Source: Deltaproteobacteria bacterium (GTDB lineage: Bacteria; Myxococcota; Kuafuiibacteriia; Kuafuiibacteriales; Kuafuiibacteriaceae). From it: a DNA stretch of 64,000 nucleotides. The translations under genes and the position numbers were made by a program. The DNA lies in NCBI GenBank assembly GCA_040218735.1, contig JAVJQW010000007.1, forward strand, positions 1 to 64,000, given 5' to 3'. Of the stretch, positions 1 to 9,387 are shown one piece after another (the first letter of the stretch is position 1; the number at the start of each line of letters is the position of its first letter). Below the pieces are notes generated by a model. It was not told the DNA's origin. It ran no database searches and was given only the letters and a program-made list of their open reading frames with translations.

Positions 1-155
1 CCCTCGACGCAGAACCGGAACAGCGAGCTGAAGCCACGCTCCACGTAGAGCTTTCGCCGCTCGATCTCCGCCATGAACCGGAGCGCCTGCACACCGCTCT
101 TCAGCTCGGCGCGAAGCGCTTCACGAAGTCCGCTCAGGAGATCGTTCTGGGTCAT
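1..155 (-). CDS. 5' part of a gene running off the window edge; probable DUF222/HNH endonuclease-type protein
   Basis: Manual translation from ATG at 155 gives MTQNDLLSGLREALRAELKSGVQALRFMAEIERRKLYVERGFSSLFRFCVE. The 'E..RRKLY...G.SSLF..C' pattern resembles the N-terminus of myxobacterial HNH/DUF222 proteins. Not in the ORF track. Confidence 0.55.
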   Translation of the reverse strand, partial: MTQNDLLSGLREALRAELKSGVQALRFMAEIERRKLYVERGFSSLFRFCVE

Positions 156-781
156 GCAAGACAGGTTGCAAGCGTTCGGGCTCATGTGTCGAACGTATCA
201 TCGAGCCCTCGAAACGCGATTGAGCAGGCCTCGAGGACGAGCCTCTGAGATCTGCGAGAACGCACGATACAGACCGTCAGCGTCCGAAGACGAGTCCAAG
301 CTCGAAAACTTCGAAACGGACTGCGTTCGTCGAGGAGGTGGCCCGGACGGGGCCTTTGATTCCGTCAACCCCTATGAGAGAAAAAGAACACTCCTCTGCA
401 ACTCAACTTGCGCGTCCGGCCATCCCCCTTGACCAGCCGGCGAATCTCACCGATTCATCGCAGCCCTCGACCGCCGCCGGCGCAATCATCCGACGCTCAA
501 CCCCCGTGGTCTCGTGAACGCGTCGAAGGCGGCGTGGGCGACTCGCGTGCGAGGCCGCGAAGATCCATCTGGGAGACGATCGCGCAGCGAGCGCGACGTG
601 GGGAGCATGGCGAGTGCCGCCGACCATCGAGCGGATCCGACCGCCGTCCTCCTGCCAACATGGAGCGCGGGCCGGCGGGGCACCAGCGTCGGGCGATGGT
701 CCAGGGTGCGTCGGGCGCGTCATGCCAACCCTACGGCCTTTCCAGGCGGGCCAGATCCACTAAGTTAATGGCATTGGGCCT

Positions 782-1696
782 CTAGGCTGATGCTGCGATC
801 AGCTCCCGGCTCGTCGTGACGAGCATGTCGAGGATCATCTTCGTGCGCGGGTCGCCCTGCGTGCGTTCGTGGCGAACGACCACGAGCTCGGCCGGTGGCA
901 TCTCCTCCACCGGGAGGCGCCGCAGGCGGCCGGCCGCGACGTGTTCGTGCGCGGTGACGTCCTCCATCATCATGAGGTAGCCGCCGCTGAGGCAGGCGTC
1001 GAGCGCGAGCGCGTGGGAGTCGACGGTGAGCGTCACGTGGCGGTTCATGCCCGACGGCCAGATCGCCTTCACGAGGCTCGGGCGTCGCTGCGCGACGAAC
1101 TCCTGGGCGGCGATGTCCTCGACGGTCACGGTCTTTTGTTCGAAGAGCGGGTGTTCACATCCCGCGTAGACGCCGAGGCTCACCTCGGCGACGACCTCGG
1201 GGATCAACGAGCCGCCGCACACGAAGTTGAGCGCGACGAAGAGATCGATCGCGCCCGACTCGAGGGCGTCGATCGCGCCTTCGGGTTCGAGGTGCACGAC
1301 GGAGAACCTCAGCTTGGGGGCTTCGCGGCGCAGCTTCAGGAGGGCGGGGAGGATGAAGACGCGGTCGAGCTGCCCGACGGTCGCGATGCGGCCGAACCCC
1401 GAGGTCTCTTTTGCGCTGACCGCGTCGATGACGCGGCACATGGTCGCCGTCGCCTTCTGGACTTCTTCCAGGAGCATGGCGCCGTTCGGGTTGAGCACGA
1501 GGCTGCGGCCGACCCGGTCGAAGACCTGGCAGCCGAGGCTCTCCTCGACGATGCGGATCGCGCGGGAGATCGCGGTCGGGCTGAGCCGGAGGCGCTCGGC
1601 GGCGCGGGTGATGCTCTCGGCCTCGGCGACCATCTGGAACACGGGCAGCCAGCGCCAGGCGTGCTCCAGCGGCTTCAGGGGGTCGTTGACGTCCAA
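782..1696 (-). CDS. LysR family transcriptional regulator
   Basis: LysR HTH 'WLPVFQMVAEAESITRAAERLRLSPTAISRAIRIVEESLGCQVFDRVGRSLVLN' followed by a substrate-binding domain. A TTG start at 1696 gives about 304 aa. Confidence 0.9.
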   Translation of the reverse strand: MDVNDPLKPLEHAWRWLPVFQMVAEAESITRAAERLRLSPTAISRAIRIVEESLGCQVFDRVGRSLVLNPNGAMLLEEVQKATATMCRVIDAVSAKETSGFGRIATVGQLDRVFILPALLKLRREAPKLRFSVVHLEPEGAIDALESGAIDLFVALNFVCGGSLIPEVVAEVSLGVYAGCEHPLFEQKTVTVEDIAAQEFVAQRRPSLVKAIWPSGMNRHVTLTVDSHALALDACLSGGYLMMMEDVTAHEHVAAGRLRRLPVEEMPPAELVVVRHERTQGDPRTKMILDMLVTTSRELIAASA

Positions 1697-1799
1697 GGCG
1701 ATCGCAGCCTCCCGCGCGGTTGTCGCGGCCGTCAATCGACGGTCGCCGCGGCGCGCCGCGTTGTCTACACTCTCGTCGTTGAATCCCCTCGACACACGC

Positions 1800-3230
1800 A
1801 TGGGATTTCGGAAGTCGGTCGAAGCGTCCGAGCCGGAGGTCGAGGCGCGTCCGGTGGGGACGCCGCTCGAGGTGCTCGCCGAGCACTACGACACCCGCGA
1901 GCGACAAATGGCGCGCGCGGTGGGCGTCGAGATGGATCCCCCCTCGCGGATCACGCTGGCGCTGCACGGTGTGAAGAGCGTGACGATGCCCGCGGCGTAC
2001 GCGATGTCGATGTTGGATCGTACGATCGCGTCGGCGGAGAAGGGCGAGCGCGTCGATGACGAGAGCACGGCCGGAACTCGTCGCGTCCTCGCGCACCTCG
2101 ATCGGTCGTGGGACTGGCTGCCGGTGCGGTCCGAGCTGCGCGGGTTGTCGCTCGATACGATCGAGAAGTTCGATGTCGATCTCGACCATCTCCGCGGGCG
2201 AATGGACGCAGCGCTGAAGGTCAGCGATGGAGCGCCGACGCTGCACGCGGATCTCGCGGCGCTCGCCGCGCGCATCGACGCGTGGCGCGAGGTTCCTGTC
2301 GCCGGCCCGGTGCAGCGGGTGACGCTCGCGGACGGCAAGGAGATCTTCGTCTCCCAGGCCGACCTCACCGACATCCCCGGCATCCTCGAGATCCAGAAGC
2401 GGTATCAGCTCGCGCACCTCGACGCGTCGGATCACCCGGAGAACGGTTGGCTGGTGCAGATGACCTCCGAGGCGCAGCTTCGGTTCGCGATGCAGGCGTT
2501 CAAGGACTACTGGGTCGCGAAGGACGGTGACGGGACGATCATCGCGTACCAGGCGATCACGGCGCCGTCGTTCATCAGTCGCCCGCCCGAGAAACACCGT
2601 TACTTCGGGCCGCGTGCGGAAGAGGCCGAGGCGATCCTGCGTGGCGGGCAGTTCCTGTACATGTCGCAGATCGCGGCGCACCCGGATCACCGCGCGAAGG
2701 GGCTGGCGGCGGCGCTGCAGAACGCGGCGCTCGAAAACTACGATCCAGCGATGCCGCTCCTCGCGCACGCTGCGGTGTTCACGCAGAGTGACTTCGATCG
2801 GTGGGACGGCGCGGCGCCGTTCGAGGCGCACAACAACAACATCGCGTCGCACAAGTTCCACCTGAAGCTCGACTACGAGCCGGTCGCGTGGACGTCGGAC
2901 ATCGCGCGGACGACGCAGTTCAACTCGGGCTTCCCAACCAACGATGACGACACCGACGGGATCTGCGGCGTCCTCTACCTCGCGTTCCGCGACGGGCGCC
3001 CGGTCGATCGCGATGTCGATCCGCTCGCGCTGGTGATGGACCACCCGGCCGACACCGCCTCGCTGTCGTACGAGGCGTGGCAGAACCCGTTTCCGGCTGG
3101 GTGGCCAGACTTCGAGCTGATGCGTGCGTCCGCGCTCGAGTACGACATCGGCTTCCTGCCCAACCCGACCGGGCTGGCGGAGCACGAGCGCGAGATCAAC
3201 GCGCGTGAGCTCGACCGCTACCGTCGCTGA
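1800..3230 (+). CDS. Hypothetical protein with a GNAT acetyltransferase-like domain
   Basis: Acetyl-CoA motif A-like 'YMSQIAAHPDHRAKGLAAAL' and 'NIASHKFH'. Start placed at ATG 1800, divergent from LysR. Confidence 0.65.
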   Translation: MGFRKSVEASEPEVEARPVGTPLEVLAEHYDTRERQMARAVGVEMDPPSRITLALHGVKSVTMPAAYAMSMLDRTIASAEKGERVDDESTAGTRRVLAHLDRSWDWLPVRSELRGLSLDTIEKFDVDLDHLRGRMDAALKVSDGAPTLHADLAALAARIDAWREVPVAGPVQRVTLADGKEIFVSQADLTDIPGILEIQKRYQLAHLDASDHPENGWLVQMTSEAQLRFAMQAFKDYWVAKDGDGTIIAYQAITAPSFISRPPEKHRYFGPRAEEAEAILRGGQFLYMSQIAAHPDHRAKGLAAALQNAALENYDPAMPLLAHAAVFTQSDFDRWDGAAPFEAHNNNIASHKFHLKLDYEPVAWTSDIARTTQFNSGFPTNDDDTDGICGVLYLAFRDGRPVDRDVDPLALVMDHPADTASLSYEAWQNPFPAGWPDFELMRASALEYDIGFLPNPTGLAEHEREINARELDRYRR

Positions 3231-4441
3231 GCGCGTTCGCCGAAGACGCGATAGCCGTCGTTGGTGATCACCAAGATGTCCTCGATGCGCACGCCGTACG
3301 CGCCGGGCCGGTAGATGCCCGGTTCGTTCGACATCGTCATGCCGGGGCGCAGGACGGTCTTGTTGCCGCGCACGAGGTACGGCGCTTCGTGGCCGTCCAA
3401 CCCGATGCCGTGGCCGAGGCGGTGCGTGAACGCGGTGTAGTCTTCGCCGAAGCCCGCGTCGGTGATCACCTTGCGTGCTGCGGCGTCGGCGTCTTCACAC
3501 GCCGCGCCCGGTTTCAGGACTTCGAAGGCGGCGTCCTGAGCGGCGAGCACGGTGTCGAGGGCGCGCGCGGCTTCGTCGCTCGGTTTGCCGCACGGCCAGG
3601 TGCGCGTGATGTCGGAGCAGTACCCGTGGAGCTGGCCGCCGGTGTCGATCAACACGAAGTCGCCGTCGGCGAGTGAGCGCTCCTGGCCGGTGCCGTGCGG
3701 GAACGCGGCGTTCTCTCCGAACAGCACCAACGCCCAGACGTTGACGAGGCCGGCCGCGCGTTGGGCGTCGGTGACGATCGACTTCATCTGCCCTTCCGTC
3801 ATCCCGACTCGGGTGTTCGCCATCGCGACCTCGAGCGCGGCTTTGGTCGCGAGGTTGGCGCGCTCCATCAGCGCGAGCTCGGCGTCGCTCTTGATCATCC
3901 TCAGCCCTCGGACGATCGCGCTGCCGTCTTCGAGCTGTCGTCCAAGCGCATCTTCGATGCCGCGGACGATGAAGTCGCGCGTCCGAGGTTCGACGGCGAC
4001 GCGGCCTTCGCCCATCGCCTTCTTCGCGAGGGCGTAGGGATCTTCGTCTTCCTGCCAGAGGAGCAGCTCCGCGTCGGCGGCGCCGATGGACTCCTTCGCG
4101 CGGAGCGCTTCGAACGCGGGGGCGATCCACTTCGGTCTGCCTTCGGCCGGGACGACGAGTAGGAACGGGCGCTCGCTGGGCCGCCACGCGACGCCGGAGA
4201 GGTACCAGAGCGTTCGACCGGCTTCGACGACGAGCGCCGAGAGGCCGGCTTCGCCGATCCGCTTCTGTGCGCGTGCGAGGTGTTGGGCGTGGTGCGTCGG
4301 CGTGAGGGGTTGCGCGTCCTTGGTGAAACCGCGGAGCGACGTGAAGCGGTCCGGTGGAGCGGGTGTGGTCGCGCAGCCGAGGGCGGTGAGGGCCAGGCCG
4401 CTCGAACCGGCGTAGAGGAGGGTTCGGCGGTCGAGCAGCAC
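3218..4441 (-). CDS. M24 family Xaa-Pro dipeptidase/aminopeptidase P, Tat-exported lipoprotein
   Basis: 'DRRTLL' Tat motif and 'ALGC' lipobox. Metal motifs 'DTGG...SDITRT', 'HRLGHGIGLDGHE', 'NEPGIY' and 'GVRIED'. Confidence 0.93.
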   Translation of the reverse strand: MLLDRRTLLYAGSSGLALTALGCATTPAPPDRFTSLRGFTKDAQPLTPTHHAQHLARAQKRIGEAGLSALVVEAGRTLWYLSGVAWRPSERPFLLVVPAEGRPKWIAPAFEALRAKESIGAADAELLLWQEDEDPYALAKKAMGEGRVAVEPRTRDFIVRGIEDALGRQLEDGSAIVRGLRMIKSDAELALMERANLATKAALEVAMANTRVGMTEGQMKSIVTDAQRAAGLVNVWALVLFGENAAFPHGTGQERSLADGDFVLIDTGGQLHGYCSDITRTWPCGKPSDEAARALDTVLAAQDAAFEVLKPGAACEDADAAARKVITDAGFGEDYTAFTHRLGHGIGLDGHEAPYLVRGNKTVLRPGMTMSNEPGIYRPGAYGVRIEDILVITNDGYRVFGERAQRR

Positions 4442-4534
4442 GCGGGGACGCTAGCGCGGGCCCGTGCGTGGGTCGACCGGGTGCGTCCGAAGACGCTCGA
4501 CACAAGCGGCGGCTGCGTCGCAGGATGCGCCGCG

Positions 4535-4768
4535 ATGACGACCGACGACGTGAAGAAGCTCATCGAAGACGGCATCCCGGGCGCCGCGGCGTCCGTCACG
4601 GACCTGACCGGCACGGGTGATCACTTCCGCGCGGACGTGACGGCGGCGGCCTTCGAAGGCAAGTCGATGATCCAGCAGCACAAGATGGTCTACGCCGCGC
4701 TGGGGACGAACATCGAAGGTTCGAGCGCTCCGATTCACGCGCTGCAGCTGTTCACGAAGGCGTCCTGA
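4535..4768 (+). CDS. bolA: BolA/IbaG family protein
   Basis: 77 aa with 'GDHFRADV...AFEGKSMIQQHKMVYAAL...IHALQL', the BolA signature. Confidence 0.9.
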   Translation: MTTDDVKKLIEDGIPGAAASVTDLTGTGDHFRADVTAAAFEGKSMIQQHKMVYAALGTNIEGSSAPIHALQLFTKAS

Positions 4769-4775
4769 CGCCCGA

Positions 4776-5708
4776 TCAACGCGGCTCGCGCCCCTGGGCG
4801 TTGATGACCGCGACCTCGAACGAAGCCGAGGGTCCACCGACCGAGGCCACGAACGCATGGTAGTCGGCCACGTTGAAGCAGCCGACCGAGTTCACGTACT
4901 GCCCGACGCCGATGTGAAAGAGGATCTCGCCGGCGGTGTCACCGCGTCGGCGCGACGCTTCCCACTCCTCGGGTGAGTGCTGCCCGTCCTGATTTGTGTC
5001 GCGCACCGCGGGCAGTCCGTCGCGACCGTTGTGTTTCAGGATGTAGAAGCTCGGCGCGCCGTTGAAGTCACCGTTGGACGTCGCGCGGAACGCACCCTCC
5101 GCGACCATGCCGACGTCCTTGATGCCGTCGCCGTTCACGTCGCGTCCGATGCGGCCGCCCTCGAGCGTGGCCTGACCGGGGTGGGTGGAGCCGACGAACT
5201 CGTAGACCGTCGGGTCGCCGGGGAGATCGCGCAGCACGACGATCGTGTCGCTCATCTTCGGGTTGGCCCACGTCCCGTGGATCATGTTGCTCGAGGAATC
5301 GAGCCCGCGTATCGCGAGCACGTGTGTTTTGCCCGGTCGCCATCGACCACCGGCGGCTTCGAAGATCGCGCGGTAGTGCGCGAGTTTCTGCGCTACGGGG
5401 AGAGAGGCCGCCGCGAGGGTGATCGGTACGTCTTCGACGATGCGCTGGGCAGCGGGGGGCGGACGTTGAGTGGTTTCGAGCGGAGCGCCGGTACGCGGGG
5501 AACCGCAGCCCACCAGCACGGCGGCGGCCGCGATGCCGAGGCCGCCTCGCACGAGGTTCGTGAGGCGCTGTGAGCGGGGAACTGACGCGGACGAATTTCG
5601 TCGGCGGGTGGAGGGACCCCAAGGAATTTCAGCGGGGGCTTGCTCGGCGACGCGGTTCGACGAGGCGAGGGGTTCGAAGAGAACGCGCTCCGCCTGCCCC
5701 ACCCGCAT
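4776..5708 (-). CDS. Hypothetical protein with a C-terminal L,D-transpeptidase (YkuD/Tlde1)-like motif
   Basis: Hydrophobic stretch plus 'LVGC', Ca-loop-like 'DVNGDGIKD' and 'DTNQDG', and C-terminal 'FHIGVGQYVNSVGC' (H-x7-SxGC). Confidence 0.6.
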   Translation of the reverse strand: MRVGQAERVLFEPLASSNRVAEQAPAEIPWGPSTRRRNSSASVPRSQRLTNLVRGGLGIAAAAVLVGCGSPRTGAPLETTQRPPPAAQRIVEDVPITLAAASLPVAQKLAHYRAIFEAAGGRWRPGKTHVLAIRGLDSSSNMIHGTWANPKMSDTIVVLRDLPGDPTVYEFVGSTHPGQATLEGGRIGRDVNGDGIKDVGMVAEGAFRATSNGDFNGAPSFYILKHNGRDGLPAVRDTNQDGQHSPEEWEASRRRGDTAGEILFHIGVGQYVNSVGCFNVADYHAFVASVGGPSASFEVAVINAQGREPR

Positions 5709-5774
5709 GTACGAGGTATCGGCCGCCGAGCCGGGGTGGTGTGCGACATGGGTGTCGCATGTGGGACACCAGGC

Positions 5775-6083
5775 TCAGGCGACCAGGATGCGTTCGAGGT
5801 CCGTCGTGGTATTTGCGACCGGCGGCGCCTCGCCCCCGATGGAGACCAGGCGCAGCGGGATTCCACCCACTTCGATCGAGGTCTCCTGCACCGCGGGGGC
5901 CGCGTCGCGACCGAGCGCGGCGAGGACCTCGTGGTCCGCCTCGCCCACACCGGCGATGAGGAGCCCGTCGGTGTCGGCGAGGACCATCGAGCTCGCCCTG
6001 GTCCGGGCGGCGAGGGCGGTGAGGTACAGGCGCGAGGCTTCGGAGGGGCTGTCGGAACGTTGGCGTCGTCGTTCTTGGTGCAT
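5775..6083 (-). CDS. Small roadblock/LC7 (MglB-like) protein
   Basis: 'SMVLADTDGLLIAG' roadblock motif; 102 aa; AGGAAG RBS upstream. Confidence 0.6.
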   Translation of the reverse strand: MHQERRRQRSDSPSEASRLYLTALAARTRASSMVLADTDGLLIAGVGEADHEVLAALGRDAAPAVQETSIEVGGIPLRLVSIGGEAPPVANTTTDLERILVA

Positions 6084-6113
6084 GTCTTCTTCCTACATGT
6101 GCCCACCCGAGAC

Positions 6114-6129
6114 AGCAAAAAATCGGCCG
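6114..6129 (-). promoter_or_regulatory. Candidate sigma54 (-24/-12) promoter for the roadblock gene
   Basis: The minus strand reads CGGCCGATTTTTTGCT, which is GG-N10-GC with TTGCT. Confidence 0.45.
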
Positions 6130-6149
6130 TGGTATGTGCGGCGCCTCGA

Positions 6150-6794
6150 ATGGACCGCACGCCGGAACCGGAGCTCATGGAGGACGTCGCGCAGGCGGAG
6201 GCCTACGCACGTGCGGACTTCGACACCCCGAACGAAGCCTTCGTCGACCGCTTCTTGGCGACGTTCCCGGATTTCGTTCGCGGCTCGATAGTCGACCTCG
6301 GCTGCGGGCCGGCCGACATCCCGCTTCGACTAGCTCGCCGCCTCCCCGAGGTGCGCGTGACCGGCGTGGACGGTTCGGCGGCGATGCTCGCCCCCGGGCG
6401 CGCCGCGGTCGAAGCGTTCGACGGTCGCGTCGTCCTCGTCGAGGGGACGCTCCCTGGCGCGGTGGCAGGCCGCTTCGATGCGGTGATCTCGAACAGCCTC
6501 CTTCATCACCTCCACGATCCGGACGTGCTGTGGGCCGAGGTCGTCCGCGTCGCGAACCCCGGGGCGGTCGTGCTCGTCGCGGATCTGTCTCGGCCCGACA
6601 GCGCCGACGCGGTCGATCGCCTCGTCGAACAGTACGCGGCGAACGAACCCGAGGTCCTGCGGCGCGACTTTCGAAACTCCCTCCACGCGGCGTTCACGAC
6701 GGAGGAGATCGAGGCGCAGCTCGCCCGTCACGGGTTGGCGCTCGAGGTCGAGCGGATCTCCGATCGCCACGTCGCGATCCACGGCAGGTTGTGA
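6150..6794 (+). CDS. Class I SAM-dependent methyltransferase
   Basis: 'MDRTPEPELM...AEAYARADF', motif I 'VDLGCGPA' and 'SNSLLHHL'. Confidence 0.9.
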   Translation: MDRTPEPELMEDVAQAEAYARADFDTPNEAFVDRFLATFPDFVRGSIVDLGCGPADIPLRLARRLPEVRVTGVDGSAAMLAPGRAAVEAFDGRVVLVEGTLPGAVAGRFDAVISNSLLHHLHDPDVLWAEVVRVANPGAVVLVADLSRPDSADAVDRLVEQYAANEPEVLRRDFRNSLHAAFTTEEIEAQLARHGLALEVERISDRHVAIHGRL

Positions 6795-6872
6795 AGTCGA
6801 CTGCGCGCTGATTTCGCGGAGGGTGCGCAGTCAGCCTGACACTCGCGACACGAATGAATTTCGAAGCCGGCG

Positions 6873-6888
6873 TGGCACGCTGATTGAA
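6873..6888 (+). promoter_or_regulatory. Candidate sigma54 promoter
   Basis: TGGCACG-CTGA-TTGAA has a perfect -24 box and a GA variant at -12. It lies 14 nt before ATG 6902. Confidence 0.45.
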
Positions 6889-6901
6889 AATTCGTTCGCG
6901 C

Positions 6902-7723
6902 ATGAACACACGTGCTGCCGGTCTCGCGCTCATGACCTCCCTCCTGTTCGCCTGCGAAACGACCACCGACGATCCTGACGATCGCGACGCAGGCTCGACC
7001 TCCAACGTCCGCGACGCGGGGGACACGGCTCGCGATGCGGGCGAAATCGCCGACGCCGGAACGAACGCCGACGCCGGCAGCACCGACGCCGGGAGCACCG
7101 ACGCTGGCGCGATGCGCGACGGCGGGCCTGGAGCGTCGCGCGACGCCGGAGAAGCGCGCGACGCCGGCTCGACGCGCGACGGCGGAAGCGTCCGGGACGC
7201 GGGTCCACGGCCGGTGGTGTGCAACCCGACGTTCGGCCCCACGGACGCCTGCGGCGGCGACCCCGTCGGCGTGTGGACCTACGCGGCCGCCTGCACCGAC
7301 CAGGACTTCTACGCCGACCTCGCCACGATCTGCCCGGGCGTGCAGGTCTCGAATCAGCTCGTCACGACCGGCGGCACGGTCGAGCTGCGCGCCAACGGGA
7401 CGTTCACGCGCTCGGTCACGACGGTCGTGACCGCGGACTCGTCGTGGCCCGCGGTCTGCGCCACGCAGGGCTGCTCGGCGATCCAGCAGCTCCTCACGCT
7501 CAACGGGTTGACCGCGTCGTGCTCGCCCGGCGGGGGCGGCTGCGACTGTACGATCTCCGGCGAGGTCGGGACGTTCGACAACGGCGCGTACACCGTGAAC
7601 GGGAGCGTCATCGTCGCGGACGGTCTGCCCTACGACTTCTGCGTCGACAGCGGCGTGTTCGAGTACCGGGGCACCGCGCAGAACGCCGCCGACAACGTGT
7701 TCTCGTTCGTGCTCACGCCGTGA
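6902..7723 (+). CDS. Cys-rich lipoprotein with DAG low-complexity repeats
   Basis: Lipobox 'LFAC', repeated 'RDAG/DAG' units, then a Cys-rich domain 'CGGDPVGVW'. Confidence 0.8.
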   Translation: MNTRAAGLALMTSLLFACETTTDDPDDRDAGSTSNVRDAGDTARDAGEIADAGTNADAGSTDAGSTDAGAMRDGGPGASRDAGEARDAGSTRDGGSVRDAGPRPVVCNPTFGPTDACGGDPVGVWTYAAACTDQDFYADLATICPGVQVSNQLVTTGGTVELRANGTFTRSVTTVVTADSSWPAVCATQGCSAIQQLLTLNGLTASCSPGGGGCDCTISGEVGTFDNGAYTVNGSVIVADGLPYDFCVDSGVFEYRGTAQNAADNVFSFVLTP

Positions 7724-8521
7724 TCACGCACCGAGGAATTCGAGCAGCGCAGCGTTGATGAGCTCCGGCTGCTCGAGCGTCGACAGGTGACCGGCGCGCG
7801 GGATGATCTCCAGGCGAGCACCCGGGATCGCAGCGGCCAACCGTCGCGACACGGAGACCGGCTGCGGACGATCTTCTTCGCCGACCATGACCATCACCGG
7901 ACGATTCACCCGCGGGAGCGCGTCCATGATGCTCCCGCGTCCGAAGATTGCATTGCCGAACCGGATCAGCGCCTGCGGATCGTTGGCGGCGAACCGCTCG
8001 CGCCACGTCGAGAGCAGCTCCTGCTTCGACGCATCCGCGAACGAGGAAGCGCCGAACATCAACTTCATCGCCGTCGACAGCAGCGGCTTGATGCCGAGGA
8101 GACGGAGGATCGCGAACATGCCTTGGTACTTCAGCTGCGCGCGCTTCGGCTCCGGCCCGCCGGCGGCGTCCATGATCACCACCCGATCGACCAGCTCCGC
8201 GTGGTGCACGAGGAGCCGCGTCGCGATGAAGCCGCCCGTCGACAATCCGACGAAGTGGCACGGCGCAGCGTCGACGTGGCGGATCAGAGCGACGGCGTCG
8301 TCGACCAGCGACTGAAATTCGTAGGGCCCCGCCGCCCGGCCGCTGTCCCCGTGGTCCCGGTGGTCGTAGGCGATCACCCGGTACCGGGAGGCGAGCGCCT
8401 CGATCTGGGCCGCGAAGTGGCGGTGGTCGGCGAGGTAGCTGTGGCTGAAGACCACGGTCTTCGGCCCTTTTCCGTGTTCGACCCAGCTGAGGTCGATCCC
8501 GTTGATGTTGGCTCGTGGCAC
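7724..8521 (-). CDS. Alpha/beta hydrolase (PcaD-like)
   Basis: 'YDHRDHGDS', nucleophile elbow 'GLSTGG', 'GEED' and 'AGHLSTLEQP'; GTG start at 8521. Confidence 0.9.
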   Translation of the reverse strand: MPRANINGIDLSWVEHGKGPKTVVFSHSYLADHRHFAAQIEALASRYRVIAYDHRDHGDSGRAAGPYEFQSLVDDAVALIRHVDAAPCHFVGLSTGGFIATRLLVHHAELVDRVVIMDAAGGPEPKRAQLKYQGMFAILRLLGIKPLLSTAMKLMFGASSFADASKQELLSTWRERFAANDPQALIRFGNAIFGRGSIMDALPRVNRPVMVMVGEEDRPQPVSVSRRLAAAIPGARLEIIPRAGHLSTLEQPELINAALLEFLGA

Positions 8522-8589
8522 GATGAGGAGCGTACTTTCTTCGCGTCCTTTTCGCGCGGTGCTCGTCTGTTGGGGTGGAGGCAACGAAC

Positions 8590-9387
8590 ATGGATCAAAC
8601 CCGCAACGAAATTCGCCAACACTACGCCAAGGTCGCCGTAACCGAAGGTGCCGTGGGCTGCGCCCCCGGGTGCTGCGCCACGGGCGCCGGCGCGTCCGCA
8701 CAGATCGGCTACTCCGCCGAGGAGATGGCCGCCGTCCCCGAGGGCGCCAACCTCGGCCTGGGCTGCGGCAACCCCCAGGCGATCGCCGCGCTGAAGGAAG
8801 GCGAGGTCGTCGTCGACCTCGGCAGCGGCGCTGGCTTCGACTGCTTCCTCGCGGCCCGCCGCGTCGGGACCGGCGGCCGAGTCATCGGCGTCGACATGAC
8901 CATCGAGATGATCAACAAGGCCCGCGGCAACGCCGAGCGCGTCGAAGCGAAGAACGTCGAGTTCCGCCTCGGGGAGATCGAGCACCTGCCGCTCGCCGAC
9001 GCCACGGCCGACGTCGTCATCTCCAACTGCGTCGTCAACCTCAGCACGGACAAACCGTCCGTCTTCGCCGAGGCGTTCCGCGTGCTGAAGCCCGGCGGGC
9101 GCGTCGCCATCTCCGACGTGGTCGCGATGAAGGCGATCCCGCACGAGCTCACCGAGTCGTTGCTCGCCGTCGCGGGCTGCGTCGGCGGCGCCGCGCAGCT
9201 GACGGACGTCGAGCGGATGCTCACCGAGGTCGGCTTCGAGGACGTCCGCGTGACGCCGCGACCCGAGAGCCGCGAGGTCATCGCGGGCTGGATGCCCGGT
9301 ACGTCGGCGGAGGACTACGTGACGTCCGCGACGATCGAAGCGACCAAACCGGGCGGCGACTGCTGCGAGCCGACGTGCTGCGCATGA
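8590..9387 (+). CDS. arsM: Arsenite S-adenosylmethyltransferase
   Basis: 'NLGLGCGNP', 'VDLGSGAGFDC', 'ISNCVVNL', 'GCVGGA', N- and C-terminal CC pairs; GGAGG RBS. Confidence 0.92.
   Translation: MDQTRNEIRQHYAKVAVTEGAVGCAPGCCATGAGASAQIGYSAEEMAAVPEGANLGLGCGNPQAIAALKEGEVVVDLGSGAGFDCFLAARRVGTGGRVIGVDMTIEMINKARGNAERVEAKNVEFRLGEIEHLPLADATADVVISNCVVNLSTDKPSVFAEAFRVLKPGGRVAISDVVAMKAIPHELTESLLAVAGCVGGAAQLTDVERMLTEVGFEDVRVTPRPESREVIAGWMPGTSAEDYVTSATIEATKPGGDCCEPTCCA

Noticed and set aside
73-785. Short overlapping ORFs (73-432, 403-723, 408-785, 486-683, 514-768)
   Set aside because: Arg/Pro/Ser-rich, with no motifs or RBS. Treated as intergenic, and no ncRNA could be supported.
6980-7205. Repeating GACGCCGG/GACGCGGG units resembling a repeat array
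   Set aside because: They encode DAG peptide repeats in a lipoprotein linker. Spacing is irregular, with no unique spacers or cas genes, so this is not CRISPR.
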